Positions 14,299-27,680 are shown, counted from the first letter of the stretch. The stretch: DNA of 64,000 nt from Eledone cirrhosa (GCA_964016885.1 OZ024750.1:33108001-33172000); one strand, 5' to 3'. Made by a program: numbers and translations. The notes: a model not told the origin generated them from the letters alone.

Positions 14299-14324
14299 TG
14301 TAATAAACAACATGAGATAATTAA

Positions 14325-14395
14325 TTCATTTACCAAAGGTTTCACGAAGACAGACGAGCTTGATATTTACACCTGTCTCCAATCATCAGAAAGAA
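14325..14395 (-). ncRNA. Type-I hammerhead ribozyme
   Basis: Minus strand TTCTTT-CTGATGA-TTGGAGACAGG...TCTGTCTTCGT-GAAA-CCTTTGG-TA-AATGAA; one stem I mismatch. Confidence 0.7.
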
Positions 14396-14713
14396 TTTAT
14401 TAAAATGGAAGAGCGATATGGATTTGAAAACAGAGTTTAGGATAAATGAAAGTGAGGATGAAATAAAATAACGGACATAAAATAAAGGGGTAAAAATAAA
14501 ATGTATATGTAAATATACAAACGCATATACATACACAAACTCACGCATATACGTAAACTCATACATTCACACATAAGTATATGTGCGCATACATACATAT
14601 ATATGTGTATATACACGCACGTATACACAGAGATACATATGCTCACACACACGCACGCTTACAGACAAGTGTGCGCACAGACGTAATCATAAGAATTCAT
14701 ATACATAAACACA

Positions 14714-14760
<47 letters not shown>

Positions 14761-14764
<4 letters not shown>

Positions 14765-14879
14765 ATAATAATAAATTTCAAGATTAAAATCCAAAGAGGG
14801 CTCGATAAGGATAAATATATATCAAATATATAAGAACCGTAGATTCTTTGCTTAAACTTTAATCTGTTATTTTAATAAA

Positions 14880-14881
<2 letters not shown>
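14761..14881. mobile_element. Short module with internal inversion between (TA)n tracts (family D; paralogue 16744-16971)
   Basis: Shares AAAGAGGGCTCGATAAGG and TTCTTTGCTTAAACTTTAATCTG segments with 16744-16971, in rearranged orientation. Confidence 0.6.
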
Positions 14882-14912
<31 letters not shown>

Positions 14913-14913
<1 letters not shown>

Positions 14914-16275
14914 GTTGATATCCACTCTCTGAAGCCGTTCTGGTTGTCCCTGAGCTTCTTTTCCATCTCGGGCTGGATCCTGTTAAGAATCATACTATCT
15001 TCTTGGGGATTTCATAAGCCTGTAAGATCTTCATGAGGCAATGACGGTCCACAGAATCAAAGGCCTTCCTAAAGTCAATGAAAACCATGACAGCAGGGAG
15101 CCTCTTTGCTCGAGCTCCCTCTAATATCCTCCTCGGCATCAGGATGTGACTGGGTATGACATTAAACTACATCCAGTGGTAAGGCTCCAGTTCGGGAGTT
15201 CAGGAGCTGTGGGGAATGTGGAGTTAACCCTTAGTTGTTATCACTCCCAGGTGTGCTCTGGCTCGGAGTAGTAGTAGTACATGTTAAGGCCCCATTTATG
15301 GGTTAAATAATTACCTTATTGCTCTACACCAATACCAAACCCCACCACCTGATGGGATGATGGAGTTCTTTGAGATACTGGCTGGAATGCTCCAGGAAGA
15401 TACATTAGCTCCCTACTTTTTTATCATCGTAGTGGACTTTGTATGCACCTTGCGCTGTAGAAACACCAGGACTCTGGCCTTACTGTAACACTGGCTCAGA
15501 GCAGGGGAATTAAAGCGAAAAAGATATCAGATGCTGAATTTGCTGACGACATAGTTCTGGTGACAAACACAGTGAAGGAGGCAGAGGATTTGATGTTGAT
15601 GAGTGTGGGTCTGAGAATGAATGAGATTAAGACGAAGTATCTCGTAGAGAATATTAAGAAGCCAGAGAAGATTATGAATGTAGGCAGGAAGCTGCTAGAA
15701 TTGGTTGAGGATTTCCTGTAACTAGGAGCAAAGATTTGAAACACGGAGGAAGATGTGGTTGAGAGGAAGAGCAAAGCCTGGGCGGCGTGCCACAGTTTGT
15801 GGAAGTCGGACCTTCGTAAAGATCTGAAGATCCGTCTCTTCGTGGCTACAGTGGAGTTTGTGCTCTTGTACGGGTCTGAGACTTGGACACTGACCAGAAA
15901 ACTCACTCAGATTGTGGATAGGGTGCTACATAAGGATGCTGAGGATGGCTCTGAACATTAATCAGTATACCCTGAGAATGAAGAACTCAGAGCTGTACGG
16001 AAGCCTCCCAAAAGTCAGCTAGAAAGTAGCACAGAGGAGACTGAGGTTAGCTGGTCATGCTCACCGGCATCCAGAGCTGATACTGCACTCAGTGTTCCTA
16101 TGGGAGCCCCTGCACGGACACACTGGAAGAGGGAGATAGAGGTTGACATATTTTGATGCCGTAAAGACAGACATCGGTCTCTTGGAGACGCAGGGCATGG
16201 CAGCGATGATCAGTGACAGAAACCACTGGAGAGAACTCGTCCATGGACCTCGGTAATTTTACCCGCCCTAAATAC
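14913..16275 (+). pseudogene. 5'-truncated RTE/RTEX-like LINE reverse transcriptase remnant with inverted 5' part
   Basis: Plus 15316-16270 encodes AGMLQEDTLAPLLFIIVVDF, EFADDIVL and KIRLFVATVEFVLLYGSETWTLT with stops and frameshifts; minus 14913-15151 encodes NQNGFR and FIDFRKAFDSV. Confidence 0.88.
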
Positions 16276-16450
16276 ATAGATATATATATATATATTTATG
16301 TAATACATAATACATAAAATAGAAATGGCATCTAAAGGATTAGAACTGTTTCATTCGAAGGAAACAGTTCTAGTTCTGTAGAAGCCATTTCTATGTTAAA
16401 TGTTGTATATACTATACTGTATATTGAGTACCTTACATTGAAACCGAGAA

Positions 16451-16546
<96 letters not shown>

Positions 16547-16637
16547 ATAGAGGTGTAACACACGAGTTATGATATATTGGTAAAAGGAAAAGAAAATGCT
16601 GACAAATTATTCCCAGTGAAAAATAGTTTAATTAGGA

Positions 16638-16971
<334 letters not shown>

Positions 16972-16999
16972 TATATATATATATATATATGTTTGTGTG

Positions 17000-17070
<71 letters not shown>

Positions 17071-17074
<4 letters not shown>

Positions 17075-17766
17075 CGTACTAGCACAAACTCAGTTTGTCC
17101 AGTTCGATACACTTATACTAATTCTCCTTCGTAACGGATATTCCTCTGATCGTAAGTTGAATGTTTCTGTATTTTTTATATATTCCATATATTCATGTAT
17201 ATTTAATGCATCTTTAATGTTAATTCAACGTATCACGTAATTCCGATACTTATTTTATCTATATTCGAAGAGGTATCTTTTATGGTGTTATTTCAAACTA
17301 ATTGAAATTTAACCGCCTAATTATGTGATTGGTTCTATATCTTAGGCCTACGTATTCCTACACCTTTGGAAAGCACGTGACAATAGTGGCAGGCATGAAG
17401 TGCTACTGCGTGACTAGTAGACCCTTGCGATTGAACGAGAAGCATCGCATCGCTCCAGTTGACGAAATTCTGTGTTGATCATGTCCATTCCTTCCAGACA
17501 TCTCTGGATGTAATGCGTGGCTTCTGTGTACTGTGTGCAATTATTGCACCGCAGTGCACAGGACATGGAGTAGAAACCAACTATTTCGTTTGATCCGGGC
17601 TAAATTGTTTACACCCGCACATAATCCTGAACTTACCATTAATAACTAAATATGTACGTTCTGAATCGCGGAGTGGCGCTTCGGATGTGCAAGTCCCGTG
17701 AATGCCTTGAGCAAGTGGGAAAGTCCAACGTACTAGCACAAACTCAGTTTGTCTAGTTCGATACAC
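17071..17766. mobile_element. Unclassified ~700-bp element with ~40-bp direct terminal repeats between microsatellites
   Basis: CAACGTACTAGCACAAACTCAGTTTGTCYAGTTCGATACAC at both ends. Confidence 0.55.
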
Positions 17767-17780
17767 ACACACAGACACAC

Positions 17781-17821
<41 letters not shown>

Positions 17822-17894
17822 GGAAAGTAAAAAACAACACAGGAGAACAAGTAACGAAAGGTATTAGGTTCACGCTTAGTGAGAGTGGGGGTGG

Positions 17895-17930
17895 GTGCGA
17901 CGTTTCTGGAATAAGCCCTTCATCAGGAAA
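17895..17930 (-). ncRNA. Minimal hammerhead relic within a PLE pseudo-LTR-like segment (17822-18470)
   Basis: Minus strand CTGATGA-AGGGCTTATTCCA-GAAA-CG-TC; stem I no longer pairs. Confidence 0.55.
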
Positions 17931-18478
17931 GTGGTGGGAAGGAGGAACTCCGAGAGAGAGTGAAGGGGGGGGGTTAGTGGGGAGGGGGATACAAATAAAA
18001 ATAAAACATGAGTTGGAAAATAAAAGTTATAAACAAGTGGTGAAAAGATGAGAGGCGTGTAGAGGTGGTGGTGCGAGAGGGGTGGGTGGAATTAGAGGGG
18101 GAGAGTGAGAGAGAGGGGGGAAAGGGGTCTGAACGTGGAGGGCGGAAGGTGAGGTGTTTGTGTGTAGGTGTACGCGTGTGTGTGTGTACGTGGATGTAAG
18201 TGTGAGGATTTGGGGGAGAGCGTAGTTGCATGCTTGGGTTTTGGAAAACCATTGTGCACGGTGGGGTGGAGTGTAAGTCTGTGTGTGTGTGTACGTGGAG
18301 AGGGGTCGGATGGGGAGGGGGAGGTGCGGAATCCGGAGGCGGAGTGGATATATAATAAAATGTTATAGTTTGCTTGAAGCATTGTATATAATATATAACG
18401 TTGAAAGAGATAGAAGGCTAAACAATGCAATATGTAAGTTACCTGGTAATCGTATATATTGTATATATAAATAAATAA

Positions 18479-18510
<32 letters not shown>

Positions 18511-18514
<4 letters not shown>

Positions 18515-18680
18515 AAATGTATGATCCCGACGGCAAAGCTCAAGCCGTTTCGACGGCTACGACACGGCTTGAGCTCTGCCGTTGGGGTCATACATTTTCC
18601 TATTACCCACTCTACTACCCTAAGTATTGAGTACTCTGGTGCGTTATGGTCCATCTGGTTCCTTACCACAACTCCTTCAT

Positions 18681-18688
<8 letters not shown>
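18511..18688 (-). mobile_element. Family C short repeat with inverted (hairpin) end, inserted in (TA)n
   Basis: Paralogues at 13597-13650, 24997-25164, 32417-32560 and 33098-33236. Confidence 0.75.
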
Positions 18689-18720
<32 letters not shown>

Positions 18721-18789
18721 CATATATATATATTTACATATATATATATATATATATTTACATATATATATATAAATATATATATGTAA

Positions 18790-18823
<34 letters not shown>

Positions 18824-18838
18824 ATATTTACATATATA

Positions 18839-18876
<38 letters not shown>

Positions 18877-18914
18877 TATATATATATATATATATATATT
18901 TACATATAATTATT

Positions 18915-18950
<36 letters not shown>

Positions 18951-19442
18951 TATTTACATATATATATATATATATTTGTAAAGTCTCCGTGCCCGAGTGC
19001 TGAGCTCTTGTCGTTTAAATAGCGAATGGCTAGTGGCAAGAGCTCAGCCGTCAAGCATTAATTCTTCATTCTACTTGCCCAAGAGTCGAGTACTTAGCTG
19101 AACAATGGCATTACTAGTCGAGACATCTAACTACCAATCTCTCACTTGCTCTCATAAATATATGTGTGTATGTTTGTGTTTGTGTGTGTGTGTGTGTGTG
19201 TATACATGTGTGTGCGCGCGTGTGTATAGTTTTCGGTAGATAAAAAATTACAAGCATCAAACAATTGCATCCTCACTGTTATGTTGTAATGTGTATATAT
19301 ATATTTACAATTGTCTTAACTTGGCATTCCTAGCGGGTTAAAGACGAAAATATATTTATGTGATCAGATGCTTTTGCGGATATATATATATATATATATG
19401 TATTTATATATATTTATATTTATATATATGTATGTGTATATG

Positions 19443-19496
<54 letters not shown>

Positions 19497-19528
19497 CATA
19501 TATATATATTTATCTATATATATATGTA

Positions 19529-19586
<58 letters not shown>

Positions 19587-19636
19587 TATATATTTATATA
19601 TATGTATGAGTATATGTATGTATTTATACATATACA

Positions 19637-19667
<31 letters not shown>

Positions 19668-19668
19668 C

Positions 19669-19782
<114 letters not shown>

Positions 19783-20147
19783 AATATGTTCACAATGTTT
19801 CTGGTGATATTTCCCTGAAAGTATCAACACTATTTCGTTTTTCACCTCCATATCCTAAGAACATCATAGTGTTATATTTAATTTGTTAATCAAATAAACG
19901 ATACACGTCAAGGGGAATCAGAGAAATTATTTCATTAAAATCACCTGTATATGTTTGTGTCAAAGACATTCACACAAACACGAATATATATATATATATA
20001 TACACACACATTTATATATATACATGCATACACACACACTCACACACATGTATATATATATATGTAATTGTATATATGCATATACACATATATATATATA
20101 TATATATACTATATATGTGTAAATAAATATATATAAATATATATAAG

Positions 20148-20202
<55 letters not shown>

Positions 20203-20746
20203 GTAAATGTATATGCATATATATAAATATATAAATATGTGTGTGTGTGTGTGTGTGTGCGTGAGTGTCTGTATGTGTATGTGTAGTGTGTAAAAATTGT
20301 GTGAAATAGAATGCTATTTATATAAGCCTGCGGTGCTTAGTAAAAGTCGAGGAGTGCAATTTGACGCCTGCTGTACAAGAAATGGAATATTTCTATAGCT
20401 GTCAAATATCAAAGAGTGACTCTAACTAAAATCCTACTTCGTATTAGTAATATGACTGGTAATTCAGAATAAAGATTTTTAGATCGAATAGACGATCTTA
20501 ATGGAAAGAAGTGTGGTGTGGGGTGGTGTAGGGTGGGGTGGTGTAATGAGAGGACAGGGTGGGTGGTATAATGAGGTGAGTAGGGTATTTGGGGTTGAAA
20601 TAAATAAATGGAAATTAAATGCTAAATAGAGTCAACATTATGTTGCATCGTTTAAACTTGACTATTGTAATGATTCTGTTAACAAAACCAACGACAGAAA
20701 CAACAACAACAATAACATCAACAGCAGTTATAATTAAAAAGCGTTA

Positions 20747-21281
20747 AGGCTTCTGTCTGGTACTGGTATCATGTAACCCAGTATAACATGCTTCATTGTG
20801 GAGTGGTTGGTGACTAAACTTCCCACACCACTAGACCTTGGTCTGGTGAGGTCAAGCTTCTGTCAGCTACTGGTATCATGTAACCCAGTATAACATGCTT
20901 CATTGTGGAGTGGTTGGTGACTAAACTGCCCCCACCACTAGACCCTGGTCTGGTGAGGTCAGGCTTCTGCCTGCTACTGGTATCATGTAACCCAGTATAA
21001 CATGCTTCATTGTGGAGTGGTTGGTGACTAAACTTCCCACACCACTAGACCTTGGTCTGGTGAGGTCAAGCTTCTGTCAGCTACTGGTATCATGTAACCC
21101 AGTATAACATGCTTCATTGTGGTGTGGTTGGTGACTAAACTTCCCTCACCATTAGACCCTGGTCTGGTGAGGTCAGGCTTCTGTCTACTACTGGTACCAT
21201 GTAATCCAGTACAACCTGCTTCATGGAGGTGTGGTTGCTGACTAAACCACCCTCCCCCACTAAACACTGGTCTGTTGAGGA
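20747..21281. repeat. Tandem repeat, 107-bp unit, about 5 copies
   Basis: TTCTG motif recurs at 20751, 20858, 20965, 21072 and 21179. Confidence 0.93.
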
Positions 21282-21801
21282 GGGGAAGTGGAACCCCAGC
21301 AGCACAAAAAACAAGAGCTGTTAAAAAGGCAGATGAACTCCTCAGAGTCTCTGGCCATTTACTCTGACTATGGTTTAAATAGCCTCAGCAACCCGCAATG
21401 GGCCAAACCTGGTGAGTACAGCTACACCCTTGAACACATGACCAAAGGCAAACAGAAAGTAGTGGAGGTCAACCAGGTAGGAGTTGCTCCAAAGGGATTG
21501 AGAAGGACCTGGATTGGATTGGATTTTCGTATTGAATGGAGCAGGTTCCAGGTTTGATAACAGCTGAAGGGGATCAAATGAGAAGACAGAAAGTGGCAGA
21601 GGTCAACCAGAGAGCGGGAAGGCCCTGGGTGGGAAGATGAAGTGTGTTTCTAAGTCAATTTACGAGGATTAACAGTGCAATCTTCCTCAAAATCGCACTT
21701 TATTATCTTAAAATCGGGAGATATTTACATTAGATGAGATAATTATAGAAATCATCTCGATACTCTGACTTTCATCCCTGGTGAGCTCGATAGATATTGA
21801 C

Positions 21802-22106
21802 CAGAGGTTCTCAAAGTGGGAGCTATCACCCCTTGGGGGCGTTTAGAATGTCCAGGGGTGGTAGGGGAGCGGTAGAGATGGTTTAATAGTATATTAAATA
21901 TAGTCAAATAAAAAAATATACATTATACTTATTTATACATAGTATATATCATATTATTTATTATATATAAATTAACGATTTTATTCATATATTATTTAGA
22001 ATTTGCGTGTAGGCAGGTCCCTTTGGAAATAGGGGTGGAGGATTCTGAGGGTATTATGTGGCCGTCAGGAGAGGGAGGGGTGACCCCAAAAATTTGAGAA
22101 CCTCAA
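21802..22106. mobile_element. hAT-Charlie (MER5-like) MITE
   Basis: TIR-like ends CAGAGGTTCTCAAA and TTTGAGAACCTC. Confidence 0.65.
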
Positions 22107-22140
22107 ATTTGAAAATCAAATTTGCTTTAGTAATAATAAT

Positions 22141-22360
22141 AGTTTCTGATTTAAGCACAAGGTCGACAAATATGTGGGTGGGTGTGAAAGTCGATAAAAA
22201 TCGACCCTAGAGCATTACAGATGCTTTAATTTTTTTACCCCGTAAGGATGAAAGGCAAAGTTAACTTCACCGGGATTTGAACTCGGAACGTAAAGAGCCG
22301 TAACTATATACCACACACCATGCTGTCCGACGCTCTACCGATACTGTCATTCCAACACCC
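22141..22360 (-). mobile_element. tRNA-derived SINE, longer subfamily
   Basis: Shared head, core and tail. Confidence 0.78.
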
Positions 22361-22860
22361 TTTTTACTTTAGAAATGCTAATAAAGGAGAACGTACGAGT
22401 TGTATATACTCAAAAACCTCTGGCACAAATGTATAAGAACAAATATTAAAAAATTGCTAATGATATCAATTATTAGTATTAGAAGGCTGAAGACATAACT
22501 ATAGAGGAATATAGCTGTATTAGAAACGCTGTAGTAATAGCAATGAAATGGTGAAACAAATTGCGACGATTAAGAAAATTACCATCATTACGAAGAATTA
22601 ATGTTATTTTATAAATATTATTCCTAACACCATTGGCCCTTTATATTGTAGTATTGCGCCTGTCATAGAAACATAACAATAGTACCTGCTGAATTTAGTA
22701 GTAGCCGAGCTAGAAAACTGATTTGTACAACAAGCTAATGTGTTTAAAATAATATTTGAATGAGTTTTACCAAATTAACATCCTTCTTTCAAGTAAAGGA
22801 AAACAAGGTTCATGAATTATTTTAAAATCAATATAATTTGGTCCAAACGTTTATTATTCT

Positions 22861-23115
22861 GTGGAGGTGCGTAGTCAAGTGGTAAAATTGTTTGACTTAC
22901 GATCGTAATGCGGTGAGTTTGAATACTGAACTGGCTTGTGTGTTGCGTTCTTGAGCAATACACTTCATTTCATGTTCCTGGAGCTGGGGATTTAACTATG
23001 CGATGGACTAGCGTCCTGTCCAGGGAGGAAGTCTTGAACTCTCAGTCGCTTCACACCACAGAAACTGGGATAAGCACCTGCTTGATGAGTCTCTGGGATC
23101 GAGAAAGACTTTAGA
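22861..23115 (+). mobile_element. Second tRNA-derived SINE family (V-SINE-like body)
   Basis: A-box-like TAGTCAAGTGG, B-box-like GAGTTTGAATAC, body TTCTTGAGCAATACACTT and GCGATGGACTAGCGTCCTGTCCAGGG. Confidence 0.55.
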
Positions 23116-23270
23116 CATTTTATTTAGCTTATTATACTGCAGTAGAACTAAAGGAAAAATACCAAGATTATCACAAAGACATCATCAACGGATAAAGTAC
23201 TATGAATAAAACAAGGTCATTTCTTATGAATATTTGATTCGAATTTTATCAGTAATTGATGGGTGCCGGG

Positions 23271-23328
<58 letters not shown>

Positions 23329-23332
<4 letters not shown>

Positions 23333-23624
23333 GGAGGTGAGTTTTATTGTAGTACAATAAAGCAATGCAGATATCGGATAAGTAGCACTCTATAGTTTGT
23401 GGGACTGGAGTATAAATAATATAAGAATAGTGCAGTTTTAAATCAACATATCATGATATGTTGATTTAAAACTGCACTATTCACAAGTGTTTTTTAAACT
23501 TCCTATCATGTCTCCCTATTTTATCTGACGAAAACGCAAATGTCATCTCATGATGATATTTGTTTTTGAAATGCGCATAATAAAATACATGGAACTCTTT
23601 TAACCATCTTTTGATCTTATATTA
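23329..23624. mobile_element. PLE pseudo-LTR module family A with inverted segment
   Basis: Homologous to 4654-5060; palindrome around AATCAACATATCATGATATGTTGATT. Confidence 0.8.
23519..23585 (+). ncRNA. Type-I hammerhead ribozyme (family A)
   Basis: TTTTAT-CTGACGA-...-GAAA-TGCGCA-TA-ATAAAA; differs from 4883 at the freely variable core position 7 and in stem II. Confidence 0.85.
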
Positions 23625-23891
23625 TATATATATATATATCCAGGGACCGTATTCCTCACCCCAAGGAGAGTGGGTAACTGTGGAAATCTCTCTCTCTATA
23701 TATATACATATATTAAGGTGTATTATTGGTTGTGTCAAACGGTCCAATAACATTTTTGTTAGCAATATTAAGTTCTCCACGCTTTTGTATAACTCCAATT
23801 CCATTCAAGGGACCAGCTAGATGATGTAAAACGGAGTATTTGTATCAAAATAAAGATCCGAAGGCATGGTATAAATTTCCAATCATTTTAA

Positions 23892-23965
23892 TTACGACAC
23901 ATGTTTCAATTAGAGATAGATCGATCGTGTAGCCATGATCGATTATCACTTTTCTCGTCAGGTGA
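23892..23965 (-). ncRNA. Type-I hammerhead ribozyme (family B, inverted copy)
   Basis: Minus strand TCAC-CTGACGA-GA...-GAAA-CATGTG-TC-GTAA. Confidence 0.7.
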
Positions 23966-24047
23966 AATTGAATTGTCTTCAAATCCTTGATATGAGGGAG
24001 AAAATTAACGGTGTTCACTCACAGAATTTAGTCCCTCATATTCATTT

Positions 24048-24120
24048 TCACCTGACGAGATCAGTGGTAATCGATCATGGCTACAAGATCGAACTATCTC
24101 TTATGAAACATGTGTCGTGA
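24048..24120 (+). ncRNA. Type-I hammerhead ribozyme (family B)
   Basis: TCAC-CTGACGA-GATC...-GAAA-CATGTG-TC-GTGA; GUC site; lies in module 23713-24168, paralogue 51938-52300. Confidence 0.78.
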
Positions 24121-24223
24121 TTAAAATGATTGGAAATTTATACCATGCCTTCGGATCTTTATTTTGATATATATACATATATATATATATGAGAAAAACC
24201 ACAGACCCTCCATCTCAATTCTA

Positions 24224-24257
24224 CTTTTGAAAAGCAGAACTGCGAAACCGGTAAAGG
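24224..24257 (+). ncRNA. Decayed minimal hammerhead
   Basis: CTT-TTGAAAA-GCAG AA CTGC-GAAA-CCGG-TA-AAGG. Confidence 0.5.
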
Positions 24258-24606
24258 AACCAAATAAATATATATATTAAAAAAAAAAAAAGACTCCAGT
24301 TGCATTTTTGATTTCATCTTTTTTCCTTATACTTTCACTCGTGTAGGACACCTCTTTTTTTTTCATTTTGTAAAAAAACCTCACTTTCTAGTATATATAT
24401 ATATATATATATATATACATGCATACACCCACCCATCCCCACACACACATATGTATATGTATATATATATACAAACGCACACATATATATTATATTATTT
24501 ATTTATGTCCATAAACGGAACAAGACGCACTACTACCTAAAGTTTTAATGGTCTAATTATGACCTTCTATAGGGATTTTTTACTATATACATGTTTTAAT
24601 ATATAT

Positions 24607-24682
<76 letters not shown>

Positions 24683-24853
24683 TTATATAAGCAAGAAGAA
24701 GGTAAGTGTTGGTAAAATCCAGTACTTCAGTATGCGGATAGGGACCACTCAACGAAGATATAAGTTCAGGAGTTATAATAGTGACGAAACATATGTCCCA
24801 AGGCTCTGATACCATCAACACTATAAACACAGAGCTGGCTAACTAACTGACTA

Positions 24854-24909
24854 ACTGCCTGATGAGGTCATAGCCATTCAATGGCTATCATCGAAATATA
24901 TATAGCAGT
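24854..24909 (+). ncRNA. Type-I hammerhead ribozyme
   Basis: ACTGC-CTGATGA-GGTCATAGCCA TTCAA TGGCTATCATC-GAAA-TATATA-TA-GCAGT. Confidence 0.85.
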
Positions 24910-24951
24910 AAATTAAAGGATTATGAGTTCATGCAATTGACTTATGTTTCG

Positions 24952-24996
<45 letters not shown>

Positions 24997-24998
<2 letters not shown>

Positions 24999-25160
24999 CG
25001 AAGGAAATGTGGTAAGGAACCTGGTGGACCATAACGCACCAAAGTACTCAATACTTAGGGCGGTAGAGTGGGTAATAGGAACGAGTAGGACCCCGACGGC
25101 TGAGATCAAGCCGTTAGCCGTCGAAACGGCTTGAGCTCAGCCGTCGGGGTCCTACTCGTT

Positions 25161-25164
<4 letters not shown>
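24997..25164 (+). mobile_element. Family C short repeat with hairpin end, in (TA)n
   Basis: Inverted arms TAGGAACGAGTAGGACCCCGACGGCTGAG / CTCAGCCGTCGGGGTCCTACTCGTTCCTA. Confidence 0.78.
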
Positions 25165-25193
<29 letters not shown>

Positions 25194-26717
25194 CAAATAA
25201 CTTCAAACAGATGTTAGAAGCGGGCAACCAGTTAAGATCAGAACGCCCACCTATCTTCAACTCCGGTTAAAATACAAACTACTTGTGAACATTCTCAGCG
25301 TTCACAAACACAGAGAGAATCACAAATCACCCACTTTTTCGCCAAAGCAATATATGTGTTGTGTCTATACCGCTGCCTTGGATTTCAGCAATAATCTATT
25401 GTTTGAGCCTCGTATGTATTCGCAACCTATTTTCTCTTTACTCAAGAGATATTTATCTTTCCTTTCTATTAGGTATTTCAAAATATGTTTCAGTTCATCT
25501 CTTGACATTAACAAAACTTTTTAGATTTCTTTAGTTTTGTTGTGTTTTTTTTTTTTTCATTTTCTTTCTCATCATTTGACTTGCTTTGTGCTATTCCCGC
25601 TTCAAAATTCCTCGAACCGGATTCTAGTTGGTTCTGCTTAAGGGGGTTGGACTTCATCTCCTGCTGCTCTGTCTCTTCGGTAACCTCTCACGCTTAATGA
25701 AATTAATAATTAAACAAGAAAAAATATAAATGCAAATACCACAAAAATACAAAAATACAGCAAAAATAAAACAAGGCAAACCAAGTAACGCCTGACCAAT
25801 GAATTCATCGCTGAAGCGTAGAGAATCCATTAGGCTGTAAAAAGACTGACTATATTTCGAACAAGCCGGACAGCTTAACTCCAGTCCGTAATTGTATTGA
25901 GAAGAATTTGTGGAAAACACAATAGGAATCTATGCAGAACAAATAGATAAAGAGGTAAAATATTTTGGGGATAAGTATGGCCAGAAAAGGGATCATCACA
26001 GGAAAGCTGAGTGAAGACAAAAGAGCCCAGTAGCTGAGCTATGGTGGACGGACATCAGAATAAAAATAACCTCCACACAGTAACAAAACAAATTATTAGA
26101 AACCATCATGACTTCTGGTTAACATATTTAATGGAGGCACGTAATGTGTAAGCAGGGAATGTTAATGAGATACTAACGGAACCTGATACAATGTTTGATT
26201 TGTTCACTGATGGGAAAAGAAACATAACCTCCTATAAACTGCCTTGCTACGATCCACAAAAAACTGCGTTGCTACAAATTATAAACCCTTAACTGCAATA
26301 ATAATCGCAGAGATTAAATAAACACCCTGAAAAAAACCTGTTTCCAGAAGATGAAAAAGGATTTTACAAAGGAGCGCAACAACAATAAACATCAATTAGT
26401 GATTCCTAACTTTATAACGGATGGCTACTAGAAAGCCTTTCACAGGATTCTCCACTCGTTGATCTAATAAAACCTAGCTTTGTATAAGGTAGCTCCAGTA
26501 ATTACAGGACACGAAAAATGTAAATCCTGGAACGCCTACAGAATACTGAACCACAAAAACCAGATGTTCACACTGGTAGTGGTGTCCCCATTATATCAGC
26601 AATCAGCACCATCACCAACCTCCTAGAAAAGTTAACGCTTAGCATAGAACATGTCGCATTGATATGATGGTAGAGGGCATTGAGTGGCTGTAAACATTGC
26701 AGAAGTACTATAAATAA

Positions 26718-27162
26718 CTGTTTCTATCTTTGGCACAAGGCCAGCTATTATCCAAGTACATTACTAGTATTTCATTTTATCAACCTCGTAAGGATGAAGG
26801 GAAAAGTTAACCACGGCGAGATTTGAACTCAGACCGTAAAGGGACGTAACTATATGCTGCAAAGCATGGCGTCCGACCCTCTACTGATACTGCCAATCCA
26901 TACTAACAATGTCCTGCTTTACAAAATCATCACTTATGAAATAGGGGTTTCTGATTTCGGAACAATGCCAACAATTTTGGCAGGTGTGGAAAGTCGGTTA
27001 AAACAACGCCAGTGCGTTACTGGTATTTTATTTTATCGACCACGTAATGATGAAAGGCAAGGCTAACCTCGGTGGGATTTGAACTCGAAACATAAAGGCA
27101 CATTGCTATATGCAACAAACCATATTTTCCGACGCTCTACCGATTTTGTCAATCTGCCACCC
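26718..27162 (-). mobile_element. Two tandem SINE copies (26718-26900 and 26946-27162)
   Basis: Shared head, core and tail. Confidence 0.82.
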
Positions 27163-27349
27163 ACCCATTTATATAATAATACGATACATAATTTTACAAA
27201 TTCGGTATTGACACTGTAACATCAACAATTTCCATTCTACGCATTTACCCATTTAGCCCATTCTCTACAAAATAAGGGTCCCACAATAAATGAGACGACA
27301 CCAGCATGTATAGAATACAAGCACTGCCTATCACCTAACATGATTGGGT

Positions 27350-27545
27350 AAATAGTAAAGACACCCTTCGGTCACGAATGACCATGTGATTTGCACCTAG
27401 AAAATTACCCTCCAAAGCACAAGTCAGGGCAAGGTTCTTTGTGAAAGACCAACAGTTGCCCACGCATACCAGTCTCCCCTCTCCACACCCCTTATGTTAT
27501 CCAAGGGAAAGGCAAAGGCAAATACAGCTTTGCACCAGCAACTCA
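27350..27545 (+). repeat. Dispersed repeat (paralogue 50450-50615), unclassified
   Basis: GGTCACGAATGACCATGTGATTTGCACCTAGAAA...GAAAGACCAACAG shared between the two loci. Confidence 0.7.
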
Positions 27546-27680
27546 TTTCGTACACAAATAATATTTCGCATACTCTTCTCAACATACGAAAGAAACTTTA
27601 ATGTAATACCAGAAACAACAAAACACATTCCACAAAAAACGCATTTAAACACAATCCTACATCTCTATGAGAGGATATTG

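Noticed and set aside
20747-21281. Regularly spaced repeats as a possible CRISPR array
   Set aside because: Whole 107-bp units repeat with no unique spacers; eukaryotic context and no cas genes
25900-26700. A-rich stretch with faint LINE-like peptides (also 6100-6900 and 37850-40560)
   Set aside because: Too degraded to assign a family or boundaries by eye
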